A stretch of DNA of 64,000 nt from Longimicrobiales bacterium (GTDB lineage: Bacteria > Gemmatimonadota > Gemmatimonadetes > Longimicrobiales > Gaopeijiaceae): assembly GCA_965219445.1 (NCBI GenBank), contig CBDCNQ010000004.1, positions 992,001-1,056,000 of the forward strand, read 5' to 3'. Shown piece by piece: positions 10,825-21,191 of the stretch. The stretch's first letter is position 1. The number at the start of each line of letters is the position of its first letter. The notes under the pieces were generated by a model. It searched no databases. It had not been told where the DNA came from and was given only the letters and a program-made list of their open reading frames with translations. Made by a program: the position numbers and the translations under genes.

Positions 10825-11407
10825 GCTGTGTCTCCTCGTACGCGCTCCGAAACGCGGCCTTGGCGCGGCGCAGGAGCGTGCCGACGCTCGCCTCCCTGAG
10901 TCGCAGAATTTTCGACATCTCGCGATAGCTGTGTCCCTCGGTGGCGAGTAGGAGCAGGCTCCTCTCCCGGGCACCGAGCCTGTGCAACGCGACTCTGACC
11001 CGCTGCTTGGCTTCCTCCGCCTCGCTGTGTTCGTCCGGGGTCTGCGCGGGATCAGAGTGGGACAAGAGGGCTCGTTGGGCCGTCAACAGGCGAGCACGAT
11101 TCGTGCGTTTCGTCTTTGCGTTGCGGAAGAGATTGGTCGCCACCGTGAAGAGCCATGCAGCCGGGTCGGCTGGAGGTGACCGGCGCCGATACAGTCTCAC
11201 GAACGCCTCCTGTGCTAGCTCTGATGCGAGATCAGAGTCTCCAGACAGTCGATTCAGATACCGATGCAGTGGCTCGAAGGACTCTCGGAAGACGACGACG
11301 AATTCGTCCCGTCTCGCTTGGGAGCGTACGGGTCGGGCGTCCCCCGGAGCCTTGGCTCGTTTCTCACCGAATGGCAGTGCAGTAGTCAGCTCGCTCACGT
11401 CATCCAA
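10814..11407 (-). CDS. ECF sigma-70 factor
   Basis: Region 2 'ELAQEAFVRL..AWLFTVATN' and region 4 'GHSYREMSKIL..SVGTLLRRAK'. Confidence 0.92.
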   Translation of the reverse strand: MDDVSELTTALPFGEKRAKAPGDARPVRSQARRDEFVVVFRESFEPLHRYLNRLSGDSDLASELAQEAFVRLYRRRSPPADPAAWLFTVATNLFRNAKTKRTNRARLLTAQRALLSHSDPAQTPDEHSEAEEAKQRVRVALHRLGARERSLLLLATEGHSYREMSKILRLREASVGTLLRRAKAAFRSAYEETQHAP

Positions 11408-11428
11408 AGGAAGTCGGCCCCACGACTG

Positions 11429-11457
11429 AGGAGCAGGTCAGAAGACGATTCTGTGAC
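11429..11457 (-). promoter_or_regulatory. Candidate ECF promoter, copy 1 (upstream of sigma gene)
   Basis: Minus strand GTCACA-N10-CTGACCTGCTCCT, identical conserved blocks to 13835-13863. Confidence 0.6.
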
Positions 11458-11479
11458 ACCAAGTCGGCCGCGGCTCTGC

Positions 11480-13834
11480 CTAGAACGCCAGTTCGACCCC
11501 GACAACGAGCGGAGAAAGGCTCAACATATCGATCGGAGAAACGGAGCCCGTCAGCGGGTCGATCGCGAAGTTCAGCGTGTTCCTCCGATTCAGTACGTTG
11601 ACGAGCGTGCCGTGCAACGCGAGCATCGCGTCGCGACCTCCGAGGCCCAAGTGCCAGTGTTTCCGTAGGCCGAGGTCCGTGCGTATGTAAGGACCCGGGC
11701 GGGTCTCACCAAGCCCTTCTCCATGCAGCGCGGCCCCGGCGAGCTCGCAGCCGTTGTCGGCGAGATTGCAGGCCTCCCACTCGACGGACCCGACGATCGC
11801 GGTCGCCCTGCGCCCCCAGGCTCCGGCGCTCGCCAGACGTAACGACGTTGTGGGCGAGGGGTGAAAGACCATACCCAGCTGGACTCGGTGGGTCGGAGCA
11901 TACCAGGGGACGTAGGTACGCTCGGGTGCTCGGTTCCGCACTTTCTGGAAGCCGTAGTCGGCCATGACACCGACGCGTGAGCCACTCACCGCGACGTCGA
12001 CAGACAGCCCCTGAACGGACGCGGACCCGATTTCGAGCGGGCCGCTCGAGAATAGGGAGCCCGTCCCGGCCGCGATGAACGCGACTGAGCCCAGCCTCCG
12101 CGCGTAGGCTCGGCCCCCGACACTCAGGCCCGGCAGTGGCCGGTATACCGCGCGGACGCTCACTTCGTCGGCCCGAGCGATCGGTACGCCCGCGGATCCG
12201 GCCGTGACGAAGAGGTCGGCGGGGAACACAGCGCCGAGCAGCGACTCTTCGTTACGCATCGACTGGACGAATTGGTGGCGTCTGGAAAGGGTAGCCGACA
12301 CGGTGATGAATCTTCCGAGACCTGCCCCTCCTGTGAGAAGGGGGGACGCCGTCACGCCGAGTGACGAGGCGGTCAGGTCGACGTCGGTGCGGAGCCAACC
12401 TCTATGCGCGACCGGGAGCTCGTAGCCGAGAAGAAGCGCTCCCGACGAGAGTGCCCCCTTGGACTCGAAGGGGTCGGAAGACCCGGCCCAGTAATTCGTG
12501 GACCCTCTGGTTAGCCTGGCCCCGACGAGCAACTCCCCCTCTGCCGACGTCGGGCGGGTGAGTGTCGCCATGACGCCGTTCTCGGTCCGGCCACTGCGTG
12601 CGTCGGCCGCATCTCCTACCTCGCTCAGCAGCGCTGCCGAGGCGGCGCTACGGGAGTCCCACGCGCGAACGGCCACCTGTGACGATCCGATACTGCCTTC
12701 CCACGTTGCTCCCAGCGACCGGGTACGCCAATCGAAGCCGTTACGACCGACGAGAAGGGCGTCCGTCGTCGGGTCGGCGACCGCACTCGTGCTGAGCTCG
12801 TTCTCGCTGTCGTACCCGAGGAGGTTGAGCCTTCCACCGAAGAAAGGAAGCTCCACCTTAGCGAGCAGGTCACCCGATTCTCCTCGGATCTTGGCAGGAT
12901 CAGAGGGCGCGGAGATACCGCCAGGGAAGCCGCTCCTCAGGCTGAGCACATAGCCGGCACCGGATGTCAACGGCCCATGCACCGTCATGCGAGCCTGAGT
13001 CGTGCTGACAGCGGCTGTCCCGTGCTGGACGGAACCCGGGGCTCGAGTCGCGCCGACCACCGTGCCAGCCAGGCTGGGAAGCACGCCGCTGGTTGCGCGC
13101 GTCAGATGTACACTCGAAATCGCATCCGCATTCCAGGCGCTGAAGATGCCCCCCGCGTGCACCGGCGTGAGCACCGGAATGCCGTCGATCTCGTACCCAG
13201 TATGGCTGGAAGCGCCGCCCCGCACGTGAAGGCCGGTGGGTGACTCCGGTAGCACGGCCACGTCGCCTCCCTCTAGCACGCGAAACACGTCGGGCTCGGC
13301 GAGAAGGGGATGATTCCGGATCGCAGCGATGCTCACCGACTCGACCGGTTCGCGGACGCGGCTTACGTCCTCTGTGCCGCGAATCGGGAGTCGAGGCTCG
13401 ACGACGAGGCCGTCGAGCTCCACCGGAGCCGGCTGTAGCGCGATGTTGAGCTCGAGTTGCCCGGTACGCGGCACAAGCGCATGGAGCGTACGGGATTCGT
13501 AGCCATGACGTGCGATCGTTACGTGGTGGGGCCCCGGCGGTAGCGCTCCGAATCCGAACCGACCCTGAGCATCGGTCAGAACCGCACGGTCGAGATCGGA
13601 GAGGGTGATCAAGGCACCACCGAGTGGAACGCCGGTGAGCTCACCGCGGATCGTGCCGCCCACACCGGCCTGAGCGACCTGGACGGCGAGCAGCAGCGCT
13701 AGCGGGACGGCCATAAGACGACCTCGACCTCGAAGAAACGACGAGCGGCGCAACCACGCCCCCAATCCATGTAGTCCGCTCTCCGGATCGAGGTTCCCAC
13801 GGAGTCTGTGGGCGGCCTCACGTTCGCAAGACAC
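11480..13834 (-). CDS. TonB-dependent receptor with N-terminal carboxypeptidase-regulatory-like domain (start may be ~13714)
   Basis: 'TDAQGRF..GPHHVT..GY' N-domain, plug 'LHVRGG..DGIPV', barrel ending in C-terminal Phe. Confidence 0.85.
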   Translation of the reverse strand: MSCEREAAHRLRGNLDPESGLHGLGAWLRRSSFLRGRGRLMAVPLALLLAVQVAQAGVGGTIRGELTGVPLGGALITLSDLDRAVLTDAQGRFGFGALPPGPHHVTIARHGYESRTLHALVPRTGQLELNIALQPAPVELDGLVVEPRLPIRGTEDVSRVREPVESVSIAAIRNHPLLAEPDVFRVLEGGDVAVLPESPTGLHVRGGASSHTGYEIDGIPVLTPVHAGGIFSAWNADAISSVHLTRATSGVLPSLAGTVVGATRAPGSVQHGTAAVSTTQARMTVHGPLTSGAGYVLSLRSGFPGGISAPSDPAKIRGESGDLLAKVELPFFGGRLNLLGYDSENELSTSAVADPTTDALLVGRNGFDWRTRSLGATWEGSIGSSQVAVRAWDSRSAASAALLSEVGDAADARSGRTENGVMATLTRPTSAEGELLVGARLTRGSTNYWAGSSDPFESKGALSSGALLLGYELPVAHRGWLRTDVDLTASSLGVTASPLLTGGAGLGRFITVSATLSRRHQFVQSMRNEESLLGAVFPADLFVTAGSAGVPIARADEVSVRAVYRPLPGLSVGGRAYARRLGSVAFIAAGTGSLFSSGPLEIGSASVQGLSVDVAVSGSRVGVMADYGFQKVRNRAPERTYVPWYAPTHRVQLGMVFHPSPTTSLRLASAGAWGRRATAIVGSVEWEACNLADNGCELAGAALHGEGLGETRPGPYIRTDLGLRKHWHLGLGGRDAMLALHGTLVNVLNRRNTLNFAIDPLTGSVSPIDMLSLSPLVVGVELAF

Positions 13835-13863
13835 GTCACAAAGTCCGCGACTGACCTGCTCCT
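13835..13863 (+). promoter_or_regulatory. Candidate ECF promoter, copy 2 (upstream of small lipoprotein)
   Basis: GTCACA-N10-CTGACCTGCTCCT. Confidence 0.6.
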
Positions 13864-13910
13864 GTAAGTGAAGTCACCAGGTCCACGTAAGTATCCATTT
13901 CCAACTTGAG

Positions 13911-14249
13911 GTGTCTATCATGAGCCGAACACCCACCACCCCGTTCGCCCGCCTCGCCGCGTTGCTGCTCGCCTTCAGCATTTTGGGTTGTAACTCCGCC
14001 ATAGCCGGCAATGAGGACGATGGCGACCAGAATGAGGTCCCGGTCACGGTCCTGGCGATCGGGTCCGATTATCTCGATGCCGACGACGGGATCCGCTACG
14101 AGGTGACCGCCGCCACGCAGTACGAAGGTTTAAGTGGCTTCTCCGACATTTCCGTAGGGAATGCGGTCGAGATCGAGTTCGAGGAGATCGCGAACAGCAA
14201 CAACCGGCGAGCGCTTGAAATCGAGGTCCCCGGGCCCAACGACCGCTGA
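13911..14249 (+). CDS. Small lipoprotein, DUF5666-like OB-fold
   Basis: Lipobox ILGC; 'VTAATQYEG..ISVGNAVEIE..ALEIE' pattern. Confidence 0.65.
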   Translation: MSIMSRTPTTPFARLAALLLAFSILGCNSAIAGNEDDGDQNEVPVTVLAIGSDYLDADDGIRYEVTAATQYEGLSGFSDISVGNAVEIEFEEIANSNNRRALEIEVPGPNDR

Positions 14250-14292
14250 GTCACCCTGAACCCGCTCTTGTGAGCGCGCACGAGAGGGGCCG

Positions 14293-15463
14293 GTGATCGG
14301 AAGCTCCCGGCGTCCGGTGATCGGAAGCTCCTGGCGTCCGGTCACCGCAGCGCTCTCGCTGGTGCTCCTCGTCTACCCGCCGGCCGCAAATGGACAATCG
14401 GAACCCGATCCTCTGCGCACCGCGGTACACGAACGGGCGGCCAGACCCCCCGCATGGGCGGGTGAGCTGGCAGTCTTGAGCGGCAATGCCGCGCTAGGCG
14501 GGCTCACCGCCGCCCTGATCCAAGAACTGCGGGGCGGCTCATTCTGGGAGGCATTCCTCGACGGCGCGCTCGGCGGTGCCGTCGCCTACGCCGGCAAGCG
14601 CATCGTCGTGGAGCGGTTTTACGGCGCCGGGCTGGTCGGTCGCGAGGTGGCGGCCGTGGGCACTTCGATGGTGCGCAACGCCTCCGACGGCCGGGGGGCG
14701 CTCGAGCAGCTCGTCCTGCCAATCGGCTTAGCCCGGCTGTACCTCTGGGGCGACTCCACTTCCGCACTCCCAATGCACGCGCAGGTAAAGTTCGACGTAC
14801 TCACGTTACTCGCCACCACCTATCTCGGGCTCCGGAAGGACTTCGATTTCGACGTCAGTGCAAGCATCTCGGCAGGTACTCCGGTCTTCTTCACTCGCGA
14901 GCCATGGGCCGAGCGGGGCTGGATCGCGTCCCAAGTCGGCGGGGTGATCTGGCTGCGTAGCAGCCCGCACGCTTCCGACCTGAACGCGGAAGTGCCCGCG
15001 GTCTTCGCCCATGAGCGACGTACTCACGTTACTCGCCACCACCTATCTCGGGCTCCGGAAGGACTTCGATTTCGACGTCAGTGCAAGCATCTCGGCAGGT
15101 ACTCCGGTCTTCTTCACTCGCGAGCCATGGGCCGAGCGGGGCTGGATCGCGTCCCAAGTCGGCGGGGTGATCTGGCTGCGTAGCAGCCCGCACGCTTCCG
15201 ACCTGAACGCGGAAGTGCCCGCGGTCTTCGCCCATGAGCGCGTGCACGTCGCCCAAGACGACTTCAGCTTCCTCACCTGGGGCGATCCCGTAGAGGGTTC
15301 GCTGACCGACCGACTCCCTGGCGGCGCCTGGACCGACCGCCATCTCGACCTGGGACTCCACGTTGGGGGATGGGGCGTGGCGAACTGGCTCCTCGGCTAC
15401 GATCAGCGCCCCTGGGAGCATGAGGCGCGTTTCCTGAGTAGGGTGAGCGCTCAGAGGGAGTGA
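14293..15463 (+). pseudogene. Exported HExxH protein disrupted by a 223-bp tandem duplication (~315 aa if one copy is removed)
   Basis: ORFs 14293-15183 and 15011-15463 share the same 73-aa segment; 'FAHERVH' and later 'PWEHEA' resemble zincin motifs. Confidence 0.7.
14793..15240 (+). repeat. 223-bp tandem duplication
   Basis: 14793-15015 repeated at 15016-15238 with CG microhomology. Confidence 0.95.
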
Positions 15464-15564
15464 ATCGGATCTAGCCCTTAACGCACTACGTAGTCTCCAC
15501 TCCCCATCTACGTCATTCGACGTATCAAACCACCACCTGTCTGCGCCTAGACTTCTTCCACGGA

Positions 15565-16302
15565 TTGAAAACGGATTCAACTCGAGGGAGAGTCAACATG
15601 TGGTCGTATCCGAAGGCTCTACGAACAGTCAAAATTTCATCGATCGTCATACTGGGAAGCGTGAACCTCACCGGATGTGCCGCTTCACGAATGATGATCC
15701 GATATGGTGATTTAGATACACAGACCGAAATGAGCGAGTCGGTATTTCTCGAACTCCGCTCCGACCTACCTCAGACGGTCTACGTAGCGGAGGCCTCCAC
15801 GGCGGGTCGCGAACTCACGATCCGGCCGGCTCTCGACCGAGGGCTAACGGCGTCGGGCTACACGCTGGTGGACGATCCGGACGAAGCCACATACATCATT
15901 CAGATCAACCACCTACGTCTAGCCGAAGTTGAACTGAGCGCGGACGAGACCGTGGGTGATGCGATCGGCGCCGCGTGGATGGCGGGGGCGGGGGCGGCCC
16001 TCGCTACCGACATCCTGGGCGCATCTGGAGCGGCCGGCGAAGTTGGACTCGCCGTGGGCGTGTTGGGCTTCTTATTGGATGCCAAGACGAAGCATATCGC
16101 TCATACACTGACCACTGACGTGCTCCTCACGGAGACAATCCCTGGCGATGGAGCGGAAGGGGAGCTCCGGTACCACGAGACCCAAATCGTAAGCGGTGCA
16201 TCCAAGGTCAACCTCGAATTAGAGGAATGCTTGCCCACAATTATCAGCGGGCTGAGTCGCTCTCTAGCCGGCCTGCTGCCGACCAGGGAACGGGTGACGT
16301 AA
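15565..16302 (+). CDS. traT: TraT-like complement-resistance lipoprotein (probable start 15598)
   Basis: Lipobox LTGC; 'LDTQTEMSESVFL', 'GYTLVDDPDEATYIIQIN', Gly-zipper, 'ASKVNL' match the TraT pattern. Confidence 0.75.
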   Translation: MKTDSTRGRVNMWSYPKALRTVKISSIVILGSVNLTGCAASRMMIRYGDLDTQTEMSESVFLELRSDLPQTVYVAEASTAGRELTIRPALDRGLTASGYTLVDDPDEATYIIQINHLRLAEVELSADETVGDAIGAAWMAGAGAALATDILGASGAAGEVGLAVGVLGFLLDAKTKHIAHTLTTDVLLTETIPGDGAEGELRYHETQIVSGASKVNLELEECLPTIISGLSRSLAGLLPTRERVT

Positions 16303-16390
16303 GGCTGTTCTTGTCCGGATCATGTTGAGCCCAGGTCGATTCGGGCTTGGTTAATTGGCCGTCCGCTCCAAACCCGATCAGAGCGGTCGA

Positions 16391-18746
16391 CTACGTCGGG
16401 GAATCAGTGGGAGACTCAGCTTCGGCCGTCACGATCGGTCGAGACTGTTCAAGTGTGGCCGCACGTACGCGCTGGGGGCTCCAGCGTCGTCGGGCGCTTT
16501 CGGGAATCGCATGAGCGGCGCCGCGTATCACACCATCTCTATGGAGTGCGGAGAAGCATTCGACCAGCTCGGGTTCCAGGGCGCCGCCCGACTCCGACTG
16601 CACGAACTCCAGCGCCCACTCCTCAGGCTTGGCTTTTCGGTAGGCGCGCTCGGCGGTGAGAGCGTCGAAGATGTCGACCACAGCGACTATCCGCGCGCCG
16701 ACGGGGATCTGCTCGCCTTTCAACCCATCTGGATAGCCATTTCCGTCCCAGCGCTCGTGATGATGCAGGACGCACATCTTAGCCGTTTCGCTGATGGGCG
16801 CCTCTTTGAGGATTCGGTATCCGAGGACCGTGTGCTGCTTCATGATCTCGAACTCTTTACAGGTCAGCTTGCGGGGCTTGAGAAATACGGAGTCGGGGAC
16901 GCCGACCTTACCGATGTCGTGAAGACTCGCGCCCATCCAGAGATCCTCGAGGAAGTCGTCCTCACGGCCGAGCTCGACGGCAAGTGCGCATGAATAGGTG
17001 GCCAGACGTTGGCAGTGCGTCTCCGTGCCCTGATCCCGCGCCTCGACCGCTGTGCTGATACTTGTCAGGATCCCCAGATAGGCTTCCTCCAAGCTGCGTG
17101 TGAGCGCCCGGTTGTGGAAGCCCAGATGGAGACCCGAGGCAACGGAGAGTAGGGTGTGCGTGTCCAGCGGGCCGAGGCTGCGGCTCCCGTGCACGTAGAG
17201 CACCCGGCGCCGCTCATCCTGGTCGACGACAATCGGCACGAAGGCCTCACTTCCCCCTGGCCCGACCACAGCTTCGCCGTTGTTCTTCGCCACGACTCGT
17301 CGAAGCTCGCTCCAGTCCTGTGGCGGAGCACCGATCCCGCCCACAACCTCCCAGAACTCACCGCCCTCCTGGAGGAGCAGCACCGAGCTGGCGTCCAGCG
17401 CACCACCCAGAGTCTCGAGCAGTGGCGTAAGGGTCTCAGCGAGTCGAGGCTCGTCGAACCGGACGTCCCGGAGTCTGGCGATTGCCTGGATGCTTCGGTC
17501 ACGGGCGAGGACGTCTACTCCGGAGACGTGAAGCCGATAGCCCATCGTCATTGGGAATATAAGCCCCCAGGCGAAGGCGGGGCCCGCAACGCCGAAGACC
17601 ATCCCGGCGGCAAACGGTAGCCAGAACAAAAGCAGCAAGCCCCCCCAACCCATCGCCCAGATCAGGAATCCTGTTCCGGGAGACCGCCTGAGGAACACAG
17701 TGGCGCCGGCGAGTGCGAGGACCCAGACCAGCAAGATCTCCAGAACCGTCGGTACGTCGCGTCGGATTCGTCCGTTGAGCAGCGTGGCAAGGTCGCTGGC
17801 GTCCACGAAGAAGCGGGGGATCGAGGCATGCATCGGAGTGGTGACCGTCTCGACTCCCGGACCGTTGGGGCCCACCAGCACGATGGCGTTCTCGAATAAC
17901 GGGCTGGCCCGGGCAGGCAGTTCGCTGCCGCGCATCAGGTTCTGCAGGGAGAAGGGCGGACGGGCGCGTCGATGGTCAATGTAAGACCCGCGCCCCACCT
18001 CGATTCGGTGCTCGCCAAGTTCGAGCACCCCACTCGCGAGTCGGACTTGATCAAAAGGCACGTCCAAGTGCACCCGGAGGGCTTCCACTGCGAGCGACCA
18101 GTAGGGTAGGCCTAGAACGTGTGACTGGGGCTGAGCGCGCCGGACGACGGAGTCAGGATCGAACATTGCCGAACGGACGCCCACTGCGGTCGCCGACTCA
18201 GTGAAGAGGGGCGGTGGAAGCAGGGCCTCCTGCACGGGGAAACGCCGTCGCCCCATTGCCTGACGGCTGGACCCACTTCACGTCGGCGGCCAACACGATG
18301 TCCTTATGCGCCGCCAGCAAACTGGCGAAAGCGGAATCCGCTGCCGGGTCACCGGTGTTCTCCGGCAGCATGACATCGAGCACGATCACTGACGCTCCGG
18401 CATCGCGGGCCCGCTGGATGAACTTCTGCAGCATCCCCCGCGGCACACCCCACTCGCTGGCTCCATCCGCTCCAGCTGACCCGCCTGTTCCTACGACCAG
18501 CAGGTTGTCGGGCAGCTCGCGCTCAAGGGCTCGTTGCCGGACGTCGAATGCCCAGCGGTCCAAACCGGCAGTCCACGCGGTGACCGGGAGGCGGTCGCCA
18601 CCCAGGATGGCAAGGGTCAGCACCGCAGCCAGGCCTCCCCCAGCGCTCACGGCGAAAAAACTGGATTTTCGGCGCACAGTGAGCCGCGACACGGCGGCGA
18701 GCAGCTTTTCGAGTAAACGACGCACGGCGTTCCTCAGCCTATACAT
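16391..18746 (-). CDS. CHASE2-TM-HD-GYP c-di-GMP phosphodiesterase, split by a frameshift near 18240
   Basis: N part (18198-18746) has CHASE2 'AGASVIVLDV..D..FA'; C part has three TMs, HCQRLA, LHDIGK, HHERWDGNGYP. Confidence 0.85.
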
Positions 18747-18993
18747 GACGTACGATCCCGGCCGCTGCGAACGGTAACTTCCGCGCGCAGGCTGGTTTAC
18801 GGGCAGGGACTACATTCTGAGGCAGGGAATATTTAACGTTGCTGCCTCGGCCGCTGAGATGCAATGATTACGGTCGAAAGGCTCGACGCGGCAGGCCGGA
18901 GGCGGCTCGAGCCGCTCGATGGCGTAGCGGCTCGGAGACCTTCATGCGTGAAGCGAGGTCAAGGCTTCCGTCGGCATGACCCCGAAAAGAGCT

Positions 18994-19857
18994 TCAAGAA
19001 AACCTCGATCGATTCGTGAGATACGCGAGTCGCGAGGAAAGGTCGGCCTGGGAGATGTCCTTCAGCTCCGGGGACAGGGAGCCGAGCAGTCCGTCTAACG
19101 CCTCGGTGGCAAAAGAGAAACCGGTCCGCGGAGGTTTCCGTGGTTTTGCCCCCGTCACCACTCCGGCTGTCGCTCGAAGCCTCATGTCCACCAAACGATG
19201 ATCGAAGTACGCTCCGTCGAATCGATTCTCGCACTCGACCACGAGGTTTCGCATGGCCGACAGCCCGTGCGGAAGGTCCGCCGGCAACGTCGAGAAGCTC
19301 GTGATTTCCTGGACGATCGAGATTCGCAACAGCCCGTCGTCCAGCCACGCGTAGAAGTCGAGAAACGGCGGGGTGGCGAACTCGGCATGACCTGCATCCG
19401 GATTCCGTCGTGGGGCCACCTCCACGTGTCCCCAACTCGATATCCGTGAAGCGAGCGGTCTTACGGGCACCTTCGCATCCTGGACGTCGACTCGCGGCCG
19501 GCAAACCACCGCCGTGGTAGGAGCGTCGTAAGCGATCGTCCTTTCCGAATCGTCACGCTCAAAACGCAGCCCCTCGTCGGTGAAGACGAACGACTCTGAG
19601 GGATTCTGTGGAGGAATCTCGACGAGGTCCGTTCCCGTGACGAGGGCGATGCTGAGGCCAGCGGCCTCGAGGGCCGCAGCAGTATCCGAGAGCCTAGCCT
19701 CGTCGTCCTCCGCGAACCAGATCTCGGGCAAGCCGTAGTTGGCCTTCATCCGCACTTCGGCCACAGTGAGACCGAAGTAGCACGCCGCCTCGGCCGCGTC
19801 CACGTCGCCATGCGGTGGGTCGGAGATGAGCAGGTAGCGAGCGCTCATGTCGACCAC
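18994..19857 (-). CDS. Hypothetical protein
   Basis: 287-aa ORF with ordinary composition, between recognisable genes. Confidence 0.6.
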   Translation of the reverse strand: MVDMSARYLLISDPPHGDVDAAEAACYFGLTVAEVRMKANYGLPEIWFAEDDEARLSDTAAALEAAGLSIALVTGTDLVEIPPQNPSESFVFTDEGLRFERDDSERTIAYDAPTTAVVCRPRVDVQDAKVPVRPLASRISSWGHVEVAPRRNPDAGHAEFATPPFLDFYAWLDDGLLRISIVQEITSFSTLPADLPHGLSAMRNLVVECENRFDGAYFDHRLVDMRLRATAGVVTGAKPRKPPRTGFSFATEALDGLLGSLSPELKDISQADLSSRLAYLTNRSRFS

Positions 19858-20143
19858 TTCCCGTTCACTCTACGTGCTTGGGACATCACGACCTCCGGAG
19901 AAAGCCCTTCAGGGTGCTTCCAAAAGATGGAGCTGTTCCAAGGGCTCATGCAAGGAATTCATGCTGGAATTCACCGTGTCTCCGAGCAGCCGCCGCGAAT
20001 GGGCATTTTTTTTCCTCATTTCGGCACAAGATGCTCCATAATCTGCGTTGGACGGGACCTTGCGAGTATGGTACCGGCCTGGCACACATCTGGCAGATAC
20101 CCTTCTGGTCGCATCGGGGCCGCCTGATGTCGATAGTGCTGCT

Positions 20144-20227
20144 CAGAGCAAAACCGCCGAAAGGCGGTGACGCAGAGCTACGGGGCCTAAGTGATCGTCT
20201 CAGATCACCCGGCCAGCCGGGCCGCCA
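20144..20227 (+). ncRNA. c-di-GMP-I (GEMM) riboswitch
   Basis: GCAAAACCGCC-GAAA-GGCGGTGACGCAGAGCTACGGGGCCTAA...GGCCAGCCGGGCCGCC matches the P2 GAAA tetraloop/P3 architecture; ~110 nt upstream of fimT. Confidence 0.88.
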
Positions 20228-20336
20228 GCCAATCCTGAACTAGAAGGCAGGAGGAACTGGCGGCCCGTTTTGCTGGCCCCCTTCGGAGACCAAGAAGGAA
20301 GTCTCAAGGGCATTATCACCGACATCGGGTCATGAG

Positions 20337-20825
20337 ATGCAGAGGGAGAGAATTGGACGGAGCGGCTACTCGCTACTGGAGATGGTCGCCATACTCCTCG
20401 TCCTCGGGGGCTTCACGGGAGCGGCAGTCCCGAGGATGCGTGGCGCCTGGGAGCAGTTCGCAGTCGCGGGGGCCGCCGATCAGTTCATATCGGCGCATCA
20501 CAAGGCGCGCACTGCGGCGGTACGATTCGGCGCCGTGTCCGAACTTCATATCGACGCTTCCGCGGATCGGTTCTGGGTCCAGATCGACACGACGGCTTCC
20601 AGGTCCGGCGTCATGGATACCATAGGCGAGGTCGTCGACTTGAGTGAGAGCCGGGTGGACTTGAGGGCCACCAGGTCTCTGCTCTGCTTCGACCCGCGGG
20701 GACTCGTCGCCGCCGCAGCCGGATGTCCAACCACGGGATCTCTTGCTATCGGCTTCTCTCGCGGAAGCTCGTCGGACACGCTGAGTGCAACCGCGTCGGG
20801 GCTCCTGTTCAAGGCCTCTCAATGA
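20337..20825 (+). CDS. GspH/FimT-like minor pilin
   Basis: Prepilin site G|YSLLEMV; 'ARTAAV', 'FDPRG'. Confidence 0.85.
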   Translation: MQRERIGRSGYSLLEMVAILLVLGGFTGAAVPRMRGAWEQFAVAGAADQFISAHHKARTAAVRFGAVSELHIDASADRFWVQIDTTASRSGVMDTIGEVVDLSESRVDLRATRSLLCFDPRGLVAAAAGCPTTGSLAIGFSRGSSSDTLSATASGLLFKASQ

Positions 20826-21184
20826 GTACCCGCACGACGACGTCGGGGCCCGAGGCTGGTGTCTCCATCGTGGAGGTGCTGATCGCCTTGGTCATCTTCA
20901 CGATGGGAACGCTTGCGGCCGCCCAGCAGACGCTCGCCTCCCGGCAACAGGCCAGGGCCGGGGAGATCATCACCGAGGCCGCCGCAGCGGCGCAGTACCA
21001 GATGGAGACCCTGCGCTCGCTTCCTCTAGATGGTCTCGTTTCCGACTCGGACACGGTGTGGGGATTTCCGATCAGCTGGACGGTCTCGGGTACCGCCCCC
21101 AAGGTCATCGTCCTCGCCATAGAACGCCCTTCCGTTCTCAGCGGCACGACCGTGGACACGCTCGTAACCTACGCCGCATGGTAA
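20822..21184 (+). CDS. PilV-like minor pilin
   Basis: G|VSIVEVLIAL; ATGA overlap with upstream gene. Confidence 0.8.
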   Translation: MSTRTTTSGPEAGVSIVEVLIALVIFTMGTLAAAQQTLASRQQARAGEIITEAAAAAQYQMETLRSLPLDGLVSDSDTVWGFPISWTVSGTAPKVIVLAIERPSVLSGTTVDTLVTYAAW

Positions 21185-21191
21185 GGAACCA

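Noticed and set aside
14793..15240. DGR template/variable repeat pair
   Set aside because: Copies are adjacent and look identical, with no adenine-specific differences
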